This document shows, one piece after another, positions 1 to 13,739 of a DNA stretch of 64,000 bases (positions are counted from its first letter, which is position 1; each line of letters opens with the position of its first letter). The notes beneath the pieces are model-generated. The model was given only the letters and a program-made list of their open reading frames with translations, searched no databases and was not told the DNA's origin. Both the position numbers and the translations under genes were made by a program. This stretch comes from Haliotis cracherodii (taxonomy: Eukaryota): assembly GCF_022045235.1 (NCBI RefSeq), contig NW_027266264.1, positions 52,390,001 through 52,454,000 of the forward strand, in the 5' to 3' direction.

Positions 1-1642
1 AATAGGCGCTTAAACTACTGACAGGGACAGGAATAGGAGCTACAACTACTGACAGTGACATGAATAGGGATTACAACCACTGACAGGGACCGTAGCATGA
101 GCTACACCCACTGACAGGGACAGGAAAAGAAGCTACAACCACTGAAATGGACAGGAATAGGAGCAACAACTTCTGACAGGGACAGGAAAAGGAGCAACAA
201 CCAATGACAAAGACAGGAATAGGAGCTACAACTACTGACAGGGACAGGAATAGGGGCTACAACTATGGGCAGGGACAGTAATAGGAGCTACAACAACTAA
301 CAGGGACAGGACTAAGAGCTACAACCACTGACAGGGACAGGAATAGGAGCTACAACCACTAAAATGGACAGGATTAGACGCTACAACTACTGGCAGGGAC
401 AGGTATAGGAGCTACAACTTCTAAAAGTGACAGGAATAAGAGCTACAGCTATTTACAGGGACTGTAGCATGAGCTACACCCACTGACAGGGACAGGAAAA
501 GAAGCTACAACCACTAAAATGGACAGGAACAAGAGCTACAACCACTGACAGAGACAGGAATAGGAGCTACAACAACTGACAGGGACTGGAATAGGAGCTA
601 CAACTACTGACAGGGACAGGAAAAGGAGCAACAAGGACTGGCAAGGACAGGAATAGGAGCTATAACTACTCACAGGGACAGGAGCATGAGCTACAACCAC
701 TGACAGGGACAGGAATATGAGCTACAACCACTGAAACGGACAGGAATAGGAGCTACAACTACTGGCAGGGACAGGAAAAGGAGCAACAACTACTGACAAA
801 AACAGGAATAGGAGCTACATATACTCCCAGGGATAGGAATAGGAGCTAAAACCACTGACAGGGCAAGGAATAGGAGCTTCAAGCACTGAAAGGGACAGGA
901 ATAGGAGCTACAACCACTGACAGGGACAGGAATAGGAGTTACAACCACTGACAAGAACAAGAATAGGAACAACAACCATTGGTAGGGACAAGAATAGGAG
1001 CTACAACCACTCACAGGGAGAGGGATAGGAAATACAATGACTGGCAAGGACAGCAATATGAGCTACAACTACTGACAGGGACAGGAATAGAAGCTACAAC
1101 CACTGACAGGAATAGGAGCTATAACCACATACAGGAAAAGGAATAGGAACTACAACCACTGGCAGGAAAAGGAATAGGAGCTACAAACACTGGCAGGGAC
1201 AGGAAAAGGAGCTACAACCACTGGTACTGACAGGAATAGGGGCTACAACTACTGGCAGGGACAGGAATAGGAGCTACAACTACTGACAGGGACATGAATG
1301 GGAGCTACAACCACTGACAGGAATAGGAGCTACAACTACTGGCAGGTATAGGAGCTACAACTACTGACAGGGAGAGGGGTAGGAGCTACAACCACTGACA
1401 TGGAGAGGGGTAGGAGCTACAACCACCGGCAGTGACAAGAATATGAGCTACAACCACTGGCAGGGACAGGTATAGGAGCTGCAACTACTGACAGGGACAT
1501 GTATAGGAGCTACAACTACTGGTGGGGACAGGAATAGGAGCTTCAACCTCTGACAGGGACAGGAATAGGAGCTACAACAACTGAAAGGGACAGGAATAGG
1601 AGCTACAACCACTGGTAGGGACAGGGAAAGGAGACACAACCA
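1..1642. repeat. 31-bp minisatellite (consensus AGGAATAGGAGCTACAACCACTGACAGGGAC), downstream of orphan gene copy 1
   Basis: AATAGG recurs at 1, 32, 63... (period 31); array runs off the window start. Confidence 0.95.
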
Positions 1643-1931
1643 AGGAAGGAATGAGAGTTGGGACTAGAATCAGGCTGGAACACAAGTGGGAAATGTTTAA
1701 TGACAGTGATAAGGAATAGGGCTGTAAATTATTACAAACTGGAGTGATAGCGGAAGGACACAACTATTTTAAATATAGATATAATATAGATAGGACAATA
1801 AGATATAGTGTGACTAAAATAATAGCAGAAATTAAAGATAGTTCTACTCCGAATAAAACATAAAAAAGATTTTCTAAAATAAATGTTTCAAACATACATT
1901 AACAATGTACATCTGACAATACCTACCATAC

Positions 1932-2682
1932 CTACAGCCTGGCCCTCTTACAAACCTTCACCTCTACCTCATCATCATCCTCATCTCTCTTTCTCTTCCT
2001 GTCCACTATCTTATTCAGGGGTCCAGGTCTCCAGCTAGGGACTGGAAGAGGCACTCCTTGGTGGCTTAGGCTGGTCAGACTGCAGGACACATCACACTGG
2101 CTCAGGTTGGTGAAGCTGCTCACTGGGCTGACAGGGAGAGATGTGGTGCTTGAGGTCAGTCTTGGTCCATACTGAAAAGGGTCAGAGATCTTACAGAACC
2201 AGAAGTCTTTGTAAACTGTAGCTGAGAGGGTGATGCCATCTGGGAAACCTGACATGACTGATTCCAGGGATCTGCTAGGTTTGGGCCCATAGTTCAAGCA
2301 GGTGGTGCTGGAAGATGGGGAGGGAAGAAGATCATTGTAGAATTCCTCAGAATTCTTGAAAAGGGTAGAAGAGCTGGGGAAGGGGTCAGTAAGACTGATG
2401 TAACTCAGGCTGGTCAGGCTGGAGCTGGTGCTGGCTGGGAGAGACTCATCACATGGGCTGACAGGCCAGATATCTGAAGTGGCTGATAGAAATGTTGATG
2501 TTAGATCAGGGGTGTCAAAGAATGAAGTAAATCTGGGACATTCTGGATAAAGGAAGGAGTCATGGTTTTCTTGTAACTTGCCGCTGGGGCTGTTGGGGGT
2601 GTTACTTCCAAACATGGATAATCTAGGGGTAGGGGTAATGGGGCTGATGGACCTTCTAGTGGCAATGGAGGGGATGGCAGCA
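1932..2682 (-). pseudogene. Orphan S/T/P-rich NLS protein gene, copy 1, 5'-truncated (residual ORF 1932..2615, 227 aa)
   Basis: Near-identical to 5508..6258 (offset 3576). Homology breaks at ~2682 (GGCAGCA|TATAC), removing the ATG, acceptor and promoter. Confidence 0.8.
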
Positions 2683-3060
2683 TATACTATGAACGGATAC
2701 CTTTACTGATATTTTAACAATCATAAGAAAATACATCATGTAGGCAATTCATCTGACTGTAGACACAGTTAATGTTTACTGAGTTTCAGCTTATTTACAC
2801 ACCATATACAAACTACTAGCCAAGCCAAACAGTGGCCTCCACCTCCCCTTCTAGCCATACCCACACCACATTATATGAATTAACCTTTATTGAAAACTAC
2901 ATCATATAGGCAATTCATTTTAATGTTCACCGATCTTCAGATTATTTACACACTACATACAAACTACTGGTCTAACTAAGCAGTGGCCTCCTCCTCCCCT
3001 TCTAGCCACGCCCACACCACCTGTACTAGCCCTGACTTTAACATGATATCTTATAAGTGG
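2683..3060. repeat. ~140-180 bp repeat block (CAAACTAC...CAGTGGCCTCCACCTCCCCTTCTAGCCACGCCCACACCAC)
   Basis: Same units as 11430-13320 and, inverted, 25290-25740. Confidence 0.8.
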
Positions 3061-3485
3061 TTGATAGAAAATATATCATATGTCAAACAGAATTTTGTCT
3101 ATGATTTTGAGCCCAAATAAATATTGCCAGAGTTTTATCTGCACAGATTAGGTTTTAATACAAAGTTTGGCCTAATGTCCAGTCAGTTCTGGATAATACA
3201 TGCACTTCATTTATTAACGCTGACTAATTACTACCTGTCTTACTTTTTCATGTACATAGCTGACCAGATATTCTTTGAGGCAACATTGATTGTATTATTC
3301 ATATCATTTGGTATCATTTGATCAGAGCTTACATGTATCATTAACCAGGTAATGTTAGCTTGAGCAAAGGTCATGAATGTGTGTTGCCAGTACCTCTGAA
3401 AGGGGCAGGAGTAGGGGATATAAGTACTGACAGAACTAAGGACGACAGCCACTAGCCAGGCGTGAACCACTGGCTGGAACATCAG

Positions 3486-5218
3486 TAGGAGCTACAACTA
3501 CTGGCAGGGACAAGAATAGGAGCTACAACTACTGGCAGGGACAGGAATAGGAGCTACAACCACTGGCAGGGACATGAATAGGCGCTTAAACTACTGACAG
3601 GGACAGGAATAGGAGCTACAACTACTGACAGTGACATGAATAGGGATTACAACCACTGACAGGGACCGTAGCATGAGCTACACCCACTGACAGGGACAGG
3701 AAAAGAAGCTACAACCACTGAAATGGACAGGAATAGGAGCAACAACTTCTGACAGGGACAGGAAAAGGAGCAACAACCAATGACAAAGACAGGAATAGGA
3801 GCTACAACTACTGACAGGGACAGGAATAGGGGCTACAACTATGGGCAGGGACAGTAATAGGAGCTACAACAACTAACAGGGACAGGACTAAGAGCTACAA
3901 CCACTGACAGGGACAGGAATAGGAGCTACAACCACTAAAATGGACAGGATTAGACGCTACAACTACTGGCAGGGACAGGTATAGGAGCTACAACTTCTAA
4001 AAGTGACAGGAATAAGAGCTACAGCTATTTACAGGGACTGTAGCATGAGCTACACCCACTGACAGGGACAGGAAAAGAAGCTACAACCACTAAAATGGAC
4101 AGGAACAAGAGCTACAACCACTGACAGAGACAGGAATAGGAGCTACAACAACTGACAGGGACTGGAATAGGAGCTACAACTACTGACAGGGACAGGAAAA
4201 GGAGCAACAAGGACTGGCAAGGACAGGAATAGGAGCTATAACTACTCACAGGGACAGGAGCATGAGCTACAACCACTGACAGGGACAGGAATATGAGCTA
4301 CAACCACTGAAACGGACAGGAATAGGAGCTACAACTACTGGCAGGGACAGGAAAAGGAGCAACAACTACTGACAAGAACAGGAATAGGAGCTACATATAC
4401 TCCCAGGGATAGGAATAGGAGCTAAAACCACTGACAGGGCAAGGAATAGGAGCTTCAAGCACTGAAAGGGACAGGAATAGGAGCTACAACCACTGACAGG
4501 GACAGGAATAGGAGTTACAACCACTGACAAGAACAAGAATAGGAACAACAACCATTGGTAGGGACAAGAATAGGAGCTACAACCACTCACAGGGAGAGGG
4601 ATAGGAAATACAATGACTGGCAAGGACAGCAATATGAGCTACAACTACTGACAGGGACAGGAATAGAAGCTACAACCACTGACAGGAATAGGAGCTATAA
4701 CCACATACAGGAAAAGGAATAGGAACTACAACCACTGGCAGGAAAAGGAATAGGAGCTACAAACACTGGCAGGGACAGGAAAAGGAGCTACAACCACTGG
4801 TACTGACAGGAATAGGGGCTACAACTACTGGCAGGGACAGGAATAGGAGCTACAACTACTGACAGGGACATGAATGGGAGCTACAACCACTGACAGGAAT
4901 AGGAGCTACAACTACTGGCAGGTATAGGAGCTACAACTACTGACAGGGAGAGGGGTAGGAGCTACAACCACTGACATGGAGAGGGGTAGGAGCTACAACC
5001 ACCGGCAGTGACAAGAATATGAGCTACAACCACTGGCAGGGACAGGTATAGGAGCTGCAACTACTGACAGGGACATGTATAGGAGCTACAACTACTGGTG
5101 GGGACAGGAATAGGAGCTTCAACCTCTGACAGGGACAGGAATAGGAGCTACAACAACTGAAAGGGACAGGAATAGGAGCTACAACCACTGGTAGGGACAG
5201 GGAAAGGAGACACAACCA
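3486..5218. repeat. 31-bp minisatellite downstream of orphan gene copy 2
   Basis: Same unit; variant order matches the array at 1-1642. Confidence 0.95.
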
Positions 5219-5507
5219 AGGAAGGAATGAGAGTTGGGACTAGAATCAGGCTGGAACACAAGTGGGAAATGTTTAATGACAGTGATAAGGAATAGGGCTG
5301 TAAATTATTACAAACTGGAGTGATAGCGGAAGGACACAACTATTTTAAATATAGATATAATATAGATAGGACAATAAGATATAGTGTGACTAAAATAATA
5401 GCAGAAATTAAAGATAGTTCTACTCCGAATAAAACATAAAAAAGATTTTCTAAAATAAATGTTTCAAACATACATTAACAATGTACATCTGACAATACCT
5501 ACCATAC

Positions 5508-6344
5508 CTACAGCCTGGCCCTCTTACAAACCTTCACCTCTACCTCATCATCATCCTCATCTCTCTTTCTCTTCCTGTCCACTATCTTATTCAGGGGTCC
5601 AGGTCTCCTGCTAGGGACTGGAAGAGGCACTCCTTGGTGGCTTAGGCTGGTCAGACTGCAGGACACATCACACTGGCTCAGGTTGGTGAAGCTGCTCACT
5701 GGGCTGACAGGGAGAGATGTGGTGCTTGAGGTCAGTCTTGGTCCATACTGAAAAGGGTCAGAGATCTTACAGAACCAGAAGTCTTTGTAAACTGTAGCTG
5801 AGAGGGTGATGCCATCTGGGAAACCTGACATGACTGATTCCAGGGATCTGCTAGGTTTGGGCCCATAGTTCAAGCAGGTGGTGCTGGAAGATGGGGAGGG
5901 AAGAAGATCATTGTAGAATTCCTCAGAATTCTTGAAAAGGGTAGAAGAGCTGGGGAAGGGGTCAGTAAGACTGATGTAACTCAGGCTGGTCAGGCTGGAG
6001 CTGGTGCTGGCTGGGAGAGACTCATCACATGGGCTGACAGGCCAGATATCTGAAGTGGCTGATAGAAATGTTGATGTTAGATCAGGGGTGTCAAAGAATG
6101 AAGTAAATCTGGGACATTCTGGATAAAGGAAGGAGTCATGGTTTTCTTGTAACTTGCCGCTGGGGCTGTTGGGGGTGTTACTTCCAAACATGGATAATCT
6201 AGGGGTAGGGGTAATGGGGCTGATGGACCTTCTAGTGGCAATGGAGGGGATGGCAGCATCAGTCCACGTTGTGTGGGGGTAGAGACAGGTACAGCGAGGC
6301 TGAAAGTCATCCAGACTCACCCAACTCTCATTGGGACACAACAT
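5508..6344 (-). CDS. Orphan 278-aa Ser/Thr/Pro-rich protein with C-terminal bipartite NLS, copy 2
   Basis: Intact ORF from MLCPNESW. The ATG lies 9 nt after a conserved acceptor (CTTTAACACACTTCAG|GACCACAAG ATG), so the track's extra 17 codons are mostly intronic. Ends KRKRDEDDDEVEVKVCKRARL. Confidence 0.7.
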   Translation of the reverse strand: MLCPNESWVSLDDFQPRCTCLYPHTTWTDAAIPSIATRRSISPITPTPRLSMFGSNTPNSPSGKLQENHDSFLYPECPRFTSFFDTPDLTSTFLSATSDIWPVSPCDESLPASTSSSLTSLSYISLTDPFPSSSTLFKNSEEFYNDLLPSPSSSTTCLNYGPKPSRSLESVMSGFPDGITLSATVYKDFWFCKISDPFQYGPRLTSSTTSLPVSPVSSFTNLSQCDVSCSLTSLSHQGVPLPVPSRRPGPLNKIVDRKRKRDEDDDEVEVKVCKRARL

Positions 6345-7573
6345 CTTGTGGTCCTGAAGTGTGTTAAAGATTAATTTTATTAATTGTAAGTACATTTTAC
6401 ATGAAAAATCAAGAGACGTGTATTTAAAAATAATATGCTTTAATTGTAATTGGTTTATTTTAAAAGAAACTTCAAGGTATGTCTTATTGTCGACACATTT
6501 GAAGTTTCAAGAAGGGCAATGTCTAATATTAATGCCTAAATCACTTGAATTACCTTCACAGTTGAACTCTCTTGCACCAACTGAAGATTATACTAGAGTA
6601 CTCAACTCCAGACTCAAGTCTCACAAGAGAAATCTGTAAAATACATGCATGTATGAACATGTGACATGTGTGAAATAAATTAATGAGTGAATAACTGGAT
6701 GATTTTTCAGTAACTGTTTTATTCCAACCTCAAACCTTTTAAAAGAGCCTCATTCTCACATTAGGTGTTTGTCACTATAATGCCAAGGTAGGTCCTGCAC
6801 TGATGCACTAACCGGGCCTTGTGTTAATAAATAATATGAAATACATGACAAAACATGAGATGGCAGGTTAGATAAAAAGCCATGTGAATGACCAAATTAA
6901 AACCCGAATCCAGCCTTTCATTAATTAATAACTGATATGACATAGGACAGTCCGCCAACCAAATGGAAAGGGGAAGACATACACTGGTGCTACAAAGATA
7001 GATGTAGGGCCAAGTATCGCTGTCAACATGTTGTAACAGATCAATTACAAAAGAACCGTCAAAATACCGGTTATCCAACTAGAAGCCCTGGGCTTTTCTT
7101 ATGTGCAATCGGGATTACTAAATGTCTGTTTTGAATACTGCATGTTTAGCCCCTAGATTCATATTTCTATCATGTAGATTCAAACATCCGGGTATAGGCC
7201 TAGAAATGATGTCACAACCCCAGTCGGCCTGTTGGCCTGTGTCTTACGGTAAAAAATGTATGTAGAAGTTTACATTACATGGACATTTAGTCGGAACAAT
7301 GTTGATTTCCCGTGGGTCTACTCTAGAAAGGACATTTTGGCTGTTGTCAAGGATGACTTGTTACGTTTAAATTGACAACAAAGGTAAATCTGGGAGAATT
7401 TAAGCAACAGAAGACTATATCTATACAGGGAATACGTTTAATTACCTTACTGCACTAAGAGGGAAGTACAGGAACTCAAATATATCGATGAAACTTTCAA
7501 AAGAGCAGAGCTAGGTGTGATAGCAATGATACGCTTCGGTAAACGAAGATTCGTAAGAGCCGGGCTTGAACTT

Positions 7574-7602
7574 GGCAACCGTTACCCTAGCAACACCGGA
7601 AC
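7574..7602 (-). promoter_or_regulatory. RFX X-box (GTTACCCTAGCAAC 7581-7594), extra GGCAAC half-site and ETS core (CCGGAA); promoter of copy 2
   Basis: 14-bp X-box palindrome matching GTNRCN-N2-RGYAAC in a short CpG-rich patch, retained in copies 2-4. Confidence 0.6.
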
Positions 7603-9058
7603 TCACTCCTTTTTTTTAAAAGATATATCTTAAGTGAATGAATGAAATATTTAGAATAACAGCAAAGTGAAATTCCCCGAAAATACAAATGTAAAATATA
7701 GAAAACTTACCCTTGCCTATATATAATTCCTAAAAGGGAGCCTACTCTGAAAGTTATAAAAAGTTATCTCCCTTTGCAAAGCCACTCAAAAATATATATA
7801 TTAAACCAAGAAACTATATTTTGAGACAAATGTTTCGAAAGTCAGTTTTACTTAGAAAAGGGGCTCTAATTGGCTTGTCCGTTTTCACACCCCTAAAATG
7901 TACTTACATGTAATAGTGGTACTATATTTTAAGTCACGCAATAATGTGATTATTTCCTTCCTATTTGTAAATAAGACAAATATTTATCTCCAAATGAAAA
8001 ACAACAAATACAAATAAATGATCTTGCAAGGGTACACACTACAGTGTTGTTTGTTTATTTCGTCAGAGCTTTTCTGATTATTGATGTAAATCTAAACATC
8101 TTTGATATATTCTAATGGAAGATTGTGCAACATTACTGATGCATATAAGTGAATAGTTATGTAAGTGACGTTGTGCAAAGACTTGAAATATCTATCGATA
8201 CGTCTATGGTCTATTGAAAATAGGATGAGGTGTACAATGACATTTGCACGAATTACACAGTTAAGACATCGCTCATTATTTTTTGTTGACAAGTCAACAT
8301 TGCCTCAGCTATGTTTACCTGATTCTTTTCTCGTCAAAGGTTTATTAATTGCTTTAAATATGAACATTATTATAGCTAACCCACAGTTACACAACACAAC
8401 AATATATACATCTTATGCTTTTTACATTTAAGGATTACGCAAATATTTTAAAATATTTAAAAGCCATATGTCATGTGTCACCGTAGCTCAGGTCGACAAT
8501 TAGACGTCCTCAAATCAAATAATGCATGTTCAAATCCCGCTGGCGACACATGTTTTCCGACCCAAAAAAAATAGTTCTGTCTATTCCAAGTGTAAATCAA
8601 TTGAAATGTGGTTCCAGATAACGTATAACTGACAACCTACTCTCCTTTCCTGAAAAATGATGGAGCGTTTAAACAATAGAAAGTGCGTTTTAATTAGTTT
8701 GTAGGTCGCGAATAACCGTGCACTTTAAACTGACACGCCGTTGTATAAATGAAATAGCGCTCAAGTGGCATTAAAGCAAACCCACTCACTCACTGTAACG
8801 TAGCCATGCCTCAGAACGACTCAATTAGACGACAGTCCCTTACCTATTGTTTCCCTGGATCAAAAGTAAGGCGCGATTGTAACAAACAGAAAAAATAACG
8901 CATCGCTTCACTGACATTTTTCCAATTGCAATCACAGTGGGGTTTCTAAGGAGATTTTTTTTCATGTAGAAACAATTCCCTCGCCAGAGGCAGTTTTGTC
9001 AACTCGAGCCAACTGTATAATGCCTCCAAGTAGAGTTCACTAAGAGTTCTCTTTCCAT

Positions 9059-9157
9059 CAGGTTCCCCAGGCTGAGGTGTTCACAGACTCACTCGCATCA
9101 TGGTCACAGTTCACACAACTTGACCTTGACCTTGACCTCCAATACAGCAGACCATCC
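9059..9157 (+). pseudogene. Decayed inverted fragment of the SIRT6 last exon
   Basis: Matches the reverse complement of ~29980-30077 (..[16 protein letters not shown](LT)SNTADHP) with indels. Confidence 0.85.
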
Positions 9158-11429
9158 AACAGATCAAGTTGTTTTTTCTGGTTGTTATAAGGTCAAATTA
9201 TATCCATGTAGGATGTATGTTGTTTTGTGGCCGAGTGTTGTGATATGTCTACACTTCGATATGTATGACGTTATCTTTATCAGAACATCCAATATGTTTA
9301 GTGTTTAAAGTGTTTAGAATCAGTGTTGCTATGTTATCACATAGTGGGGACATCCCATCTGATGCAGCCTAGTGAATACCACACCAGACGTTATCCTGTA
9401 ATCTGGACAGAATGCATTATTGTATAATTACTGTAAACATGGTAAACAATGAAATATTCTCAATGAATTTGTTGTTTTTGTAGTCATGGAGTATAAACTT
9501 AATATGTTTTGTACAGTACACGTTTTACTGTGATCTACGTACACAGCGTTATTATTTAATTGATTGTAGCTTTATGCTGTAATCAATAATATTACAACAT
9601 AATTATCATGGCAGCCAGTTTGTATTTGAGGGCCTGTAGGGTAGTCTAGGCCACATTGGTTTTGTTTGCCCATATGGGTACTATGTGTGAGCACGAGTCG
9701 TACAATCTTCTATGGCACCGCAGTTCGCTGTACAGAGTTGCACACGAGGAACCTATCACAAGGGGTTTGAATCATGGTTCACTCCTAATGATATGTTTCT
9801 AGGTTGGCAGCACCATACCCATGCTCGTGGGTTTTACCAAAGTGAAAAAAATGTCTTAGATCTACATCACTTCAGGCTTTCCTCCCACATTAAGCTGACA
9901 CTTTATATAACTGGACTACTGTTAAAAACGGCATTAGTCACAACTCACTCACTATCTGTGAAGCACATTTCTAGTGTCCACCATGATATGGCAGGAATAT
10001 TGCTAAAAGCTGTGTGATACTTGATCACTGGAAGTAAATGAATTAGGAGTGGACATACCAGAGTGTGGCGACTATTAGCATTATTCCAGCCACATCACCA
10101 TTACTGCTTCATACAATTAGAACTGATATGGCTGACCTTATGTAGTTCATAATGATGTAATATATTGTGAAGTGTACCATGAAATAACATTCCCCGGGCA
10201 CACAGGCACCCACTCACTCACTCACTGATACACTCACTCACTGATACACTCACTCACTCATTAGCGTTTCAATGCCCTGGCCGCTTCATACCAAGAGATG
10301 GTGGACGATGGTGATTGTTGTTACTGCTCAGCATTAAGAGGATAAAACAAGAACTGGCCAAATGTGGAATAAGACAAAAAAAAGAATTCTCCTCTAAGCC
10401 TGCTGATTACTCAACATAAAGATTGTTCATGATGTCAAATACTGGTTTGCCTGGTGCAGACTTAATTATGTACAGGCCACAGTCATTTAGCTGGAATACA
10501 ACATTGCGTGGCCACTAACAACAAACAAACAAATAATGGATGTCTTCCAAATTCAGGGACTACATATGAGAAGGATGAGATTAATCTTTTTGACAGGTTT
10601 ATGTTCTTGTCAGAACGGTATGTCATGATGTAATTATTCTCCATTTGTATGGATGGTCTCCAGACTGTTGCCCCAGTGGACAGCCGTGAAGAGCTAGATT
10701 CCCAGCAACCTTTGCACCAGGGGACTTCTTGTATCCGGTGGCCAGCTTAGGTGACATTTCTTTGTTTATTGTGTTTATTGCGTGGCATCGTACTCGAACT
10801 ATGGTTACTCATTACATCAATCACTCGATTGTCTGTCCCTGACGTGATTATATACAGGCAACAATGACATACCTGGACTCATACAGTGATTACACAACAA
10901 ACAAACAAACAAACAAACAAACGATAAATGTCAGTTCTGGTGATTGAATGGTCAAAGAGAGGAAAAAAACACAAGTTTCACTCCAGAGAACATGTTTGTG
11001 ATATGGCGCCACATTTTCCACTGTCACAGCCCACATCTGCCTTGGGTAAGGGCAATGAGGTAGCCTGGTGGGAGAAAGCATTAATGCCGAGGACCGTGGT
11101 TCGATTCCCTACATAGGTACAAAGTGTGAAGCCCATTTCTGGTGTCACCTGCTGGGATATTGCCTTGGGTATGAATGACAACAAAAACACAGACTTTAGA
11201 TATTAAGATTTATTTTTCTGAACAGATTATGTTTGTGAAGAGTGAATGAACAAAGGAGAAAGATAAAAGTAAACTTAAGATATTATGATTTATTTCTCTG
11301 AAACAGATTTATATTTTTAAAGCATAAATCAACCGAAAGACGCAATTATATTTTTTAATTCAACAATTATGATTCCACCTTTATTGATGTTATGATATCA
11401 ATAACAAAATTAATCATATTTCTAATTTA

Positions 11430-13320
11430 TTTGACACAGTTAATGTTTATCGATTTTCAGCTCCTTAATACACTGCATACAAACTACCTGCCTAACTAAA
11501 CAGTGGCCTCCACCTCCCCTTCTAGCCACGCCCACACCACCTGTACTAGCCCTGACTATAACATTATATGAATGGATACCTTTACGATGTTTTAACAATC
11601 ATAAGAAAATACATCATGTAGGCAATTCATCTGACTGTAGACACAGTTAATGTTTACTGAGTTTCAGCTTATTTACACACCATATACAAACTACTAGCCA
11701 AGCCAAACAGTGGCCTCCACCTCCCCTTCTAGCCATACCCACAACACATTATATGAATTAACCTTTATTGAAAACTACATCATGTAGGCAATTCATTTTA
11801 ATGTTTACCGATCTTCAGATTATTTACACACTACATACAAACTACTGGTCTAACTAAGCAGTGGCCTCCACCTCCTCTTCTAGCCACGCCCACACCATCT
11901 GTACTAGCCCTGACTATAACATTATATGAATGGATACCTTTACCGATGTTTTAACAATCATAAGAAAATACATCATGTAGGCAATTCATCTGACACAGTT
12001 AATGTTTACAGATCTTCAGGTTATTTACACTCTACATACAAACTACTAGCCTAGCCAAACAGTGGCCTCTAGCCATACCCACACCACATTATATGAATTA
12101 ACCTTTATTGAAAACTACATCATGCATAAAAGCATAAATCAACCGAAAGACGCAATTATATTTTTTAATTCAACAATTATGATTCCACCTTTATTGATGT
12201 TATGATATCAATAACAAAATTAATCATATTTCTAATTTATTTGACACAGTTAATGTTTATCGATTTTCAGCTCCTTAATACACTGCATACAAACTACCTG
12301 CCTAACTAAACAGTGGCCTCCACCTCCCCTTCTAGCCACGCCCACACCACCTGTACTAGCCCTGACTATAACATTATATGAATGGATACCTTTACGATGT
12401 TTTAACAATCATAAGAAAATACATCATGTAGGCAATTCATCTGACTGTAGACACAGTTAATGTTTACTGAGTTTCAGCTTATTTACACACCATATACAAA
12501 CTACTAGCCAAGCCAAACAGTGGCCTCCACCTCCCCTTCTAGCCATACCCACAACACATTATATGAATTAACCTTTATTGAAAACTACATCATGTAGGCA
12601 ATTCATTTTAATGTTTACCGATCTTCAGATTATTTACACACTACATACAAACTACTGGTCTAACTAAGCAGTGGCCTCCACCTCCTCTTCTAGCCACGCC
12701 CACACCATCTGTACTAGCCCTGACTATAACATTATATGAATGGATACCTTTACCGATGTTTTAACAATCATAAGAAAATACATCATGTAGGCAATTCATC
12801 TGACACAGTTAATGTTTACAGATCTTCAGGTTATTTACACTCTACATACAAACTACTAGCCTAGCCAAACAGTGGCCTCTAGCCATACCCACACCACATT
12901 ATATGAATTAACCTTTATTGAAAACTACATCATGTAGGCAATTCATTTTAATGTTTACCGATCTTGTAATGTTTTGATATTCATATTAAAAATACATCAT
13001 ATTTTCCATTTATTTGACAGAGTTAATGTTTATTGATCTTCAGATTATTTACACATTACATACAAACTACTGGTCTAACTAAGCAGTGGCCTCCTCCTCC
13101 CCTTCTAGCCATACCCACACCACATTATATGAATTAACCTTTATTGAAAACTACATCATATAGGCAATTCATTTTAATGTTTACCGATCTTCAGATTATT
13201 TACACACTACATACAAACTACTGGTCTAACTAAGCAGTGGCCTCCACCTCCCCTTCTAGCCACGCCCACACCACCTGTACTAGCCCTGACTTTAACATTA
13301 TATCTTATACGTGGTTGATA
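11430..13320. repeat. ~140-180 bp repeat block, overlapping an exact 810-bp tandem duplication (~11317-12124 = ~12127-12934)
   Basis: AGCATAAATCAACCGAAAGA at 11321 and 12131; following sequence identical by eye. Confidence 0.9.
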
Positions 13321-13739
13321 GAAAATATATTAGATGTCAAACAGAATTTAGTCTATGATTTTGAGCCCAAATAAATATTGCCATAGTTTTATCTGCACAG
13401 ATTAGGTTTTAATACAAAGTTTGGCCTAATGTCCAGTCCGTTCTGGATAATACATGCACTTCATTTATTAACGCTGACTAATTACTACCTGTCTTACTTT
13501 TTCATGTACATAGCTGACCAGATATTCTTTGAGGCAACATTGATTGTATTATTCATATCATTTGGTATCATTTGATCAGAGCTTACATGTATCATTAACC
13601 AGGTAATGTTAGCTTGAGCAAGGGTCATGAATGTGTGTTGCCAGTACCTCTGAAAGGGGCAGGAGTAGGGGATATAAGTACTGACAGAACTAAGGACGAC
13701 AGCCACTAGCCAGGCGTGAACCACCGACTGGAACATCAG

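Noticed and set aside
3240-3482. 80-aa ORF repeated at 13494-13736
   Set aside because: Shared only because of the recent duplication; not preserved in the copy 4 unit
1-5218. CRISPR-like appearance of the 31-bp arrays and Cys/Pro-rich ORFs within them
   Set aside because: Units are head-to-tail with no unique spacers and no cas genes, in a eukaryotic context. The period is not a multiple of 3, so the ORFs are repeat artefacts
6345-6395. N-terminal 17-aa extension of the 295-aa ORFs (also 15593-15643)
   Set aside because: Begins at a non-ATG codon, crosses a conserved splice acceptor and is not kept in copy 4
8476-8550. tRNA-like sequence (also 19255-19330 inverted)
   Set aside because: A/B boxes are degenerate and the stems are broken; likely an old SINE head
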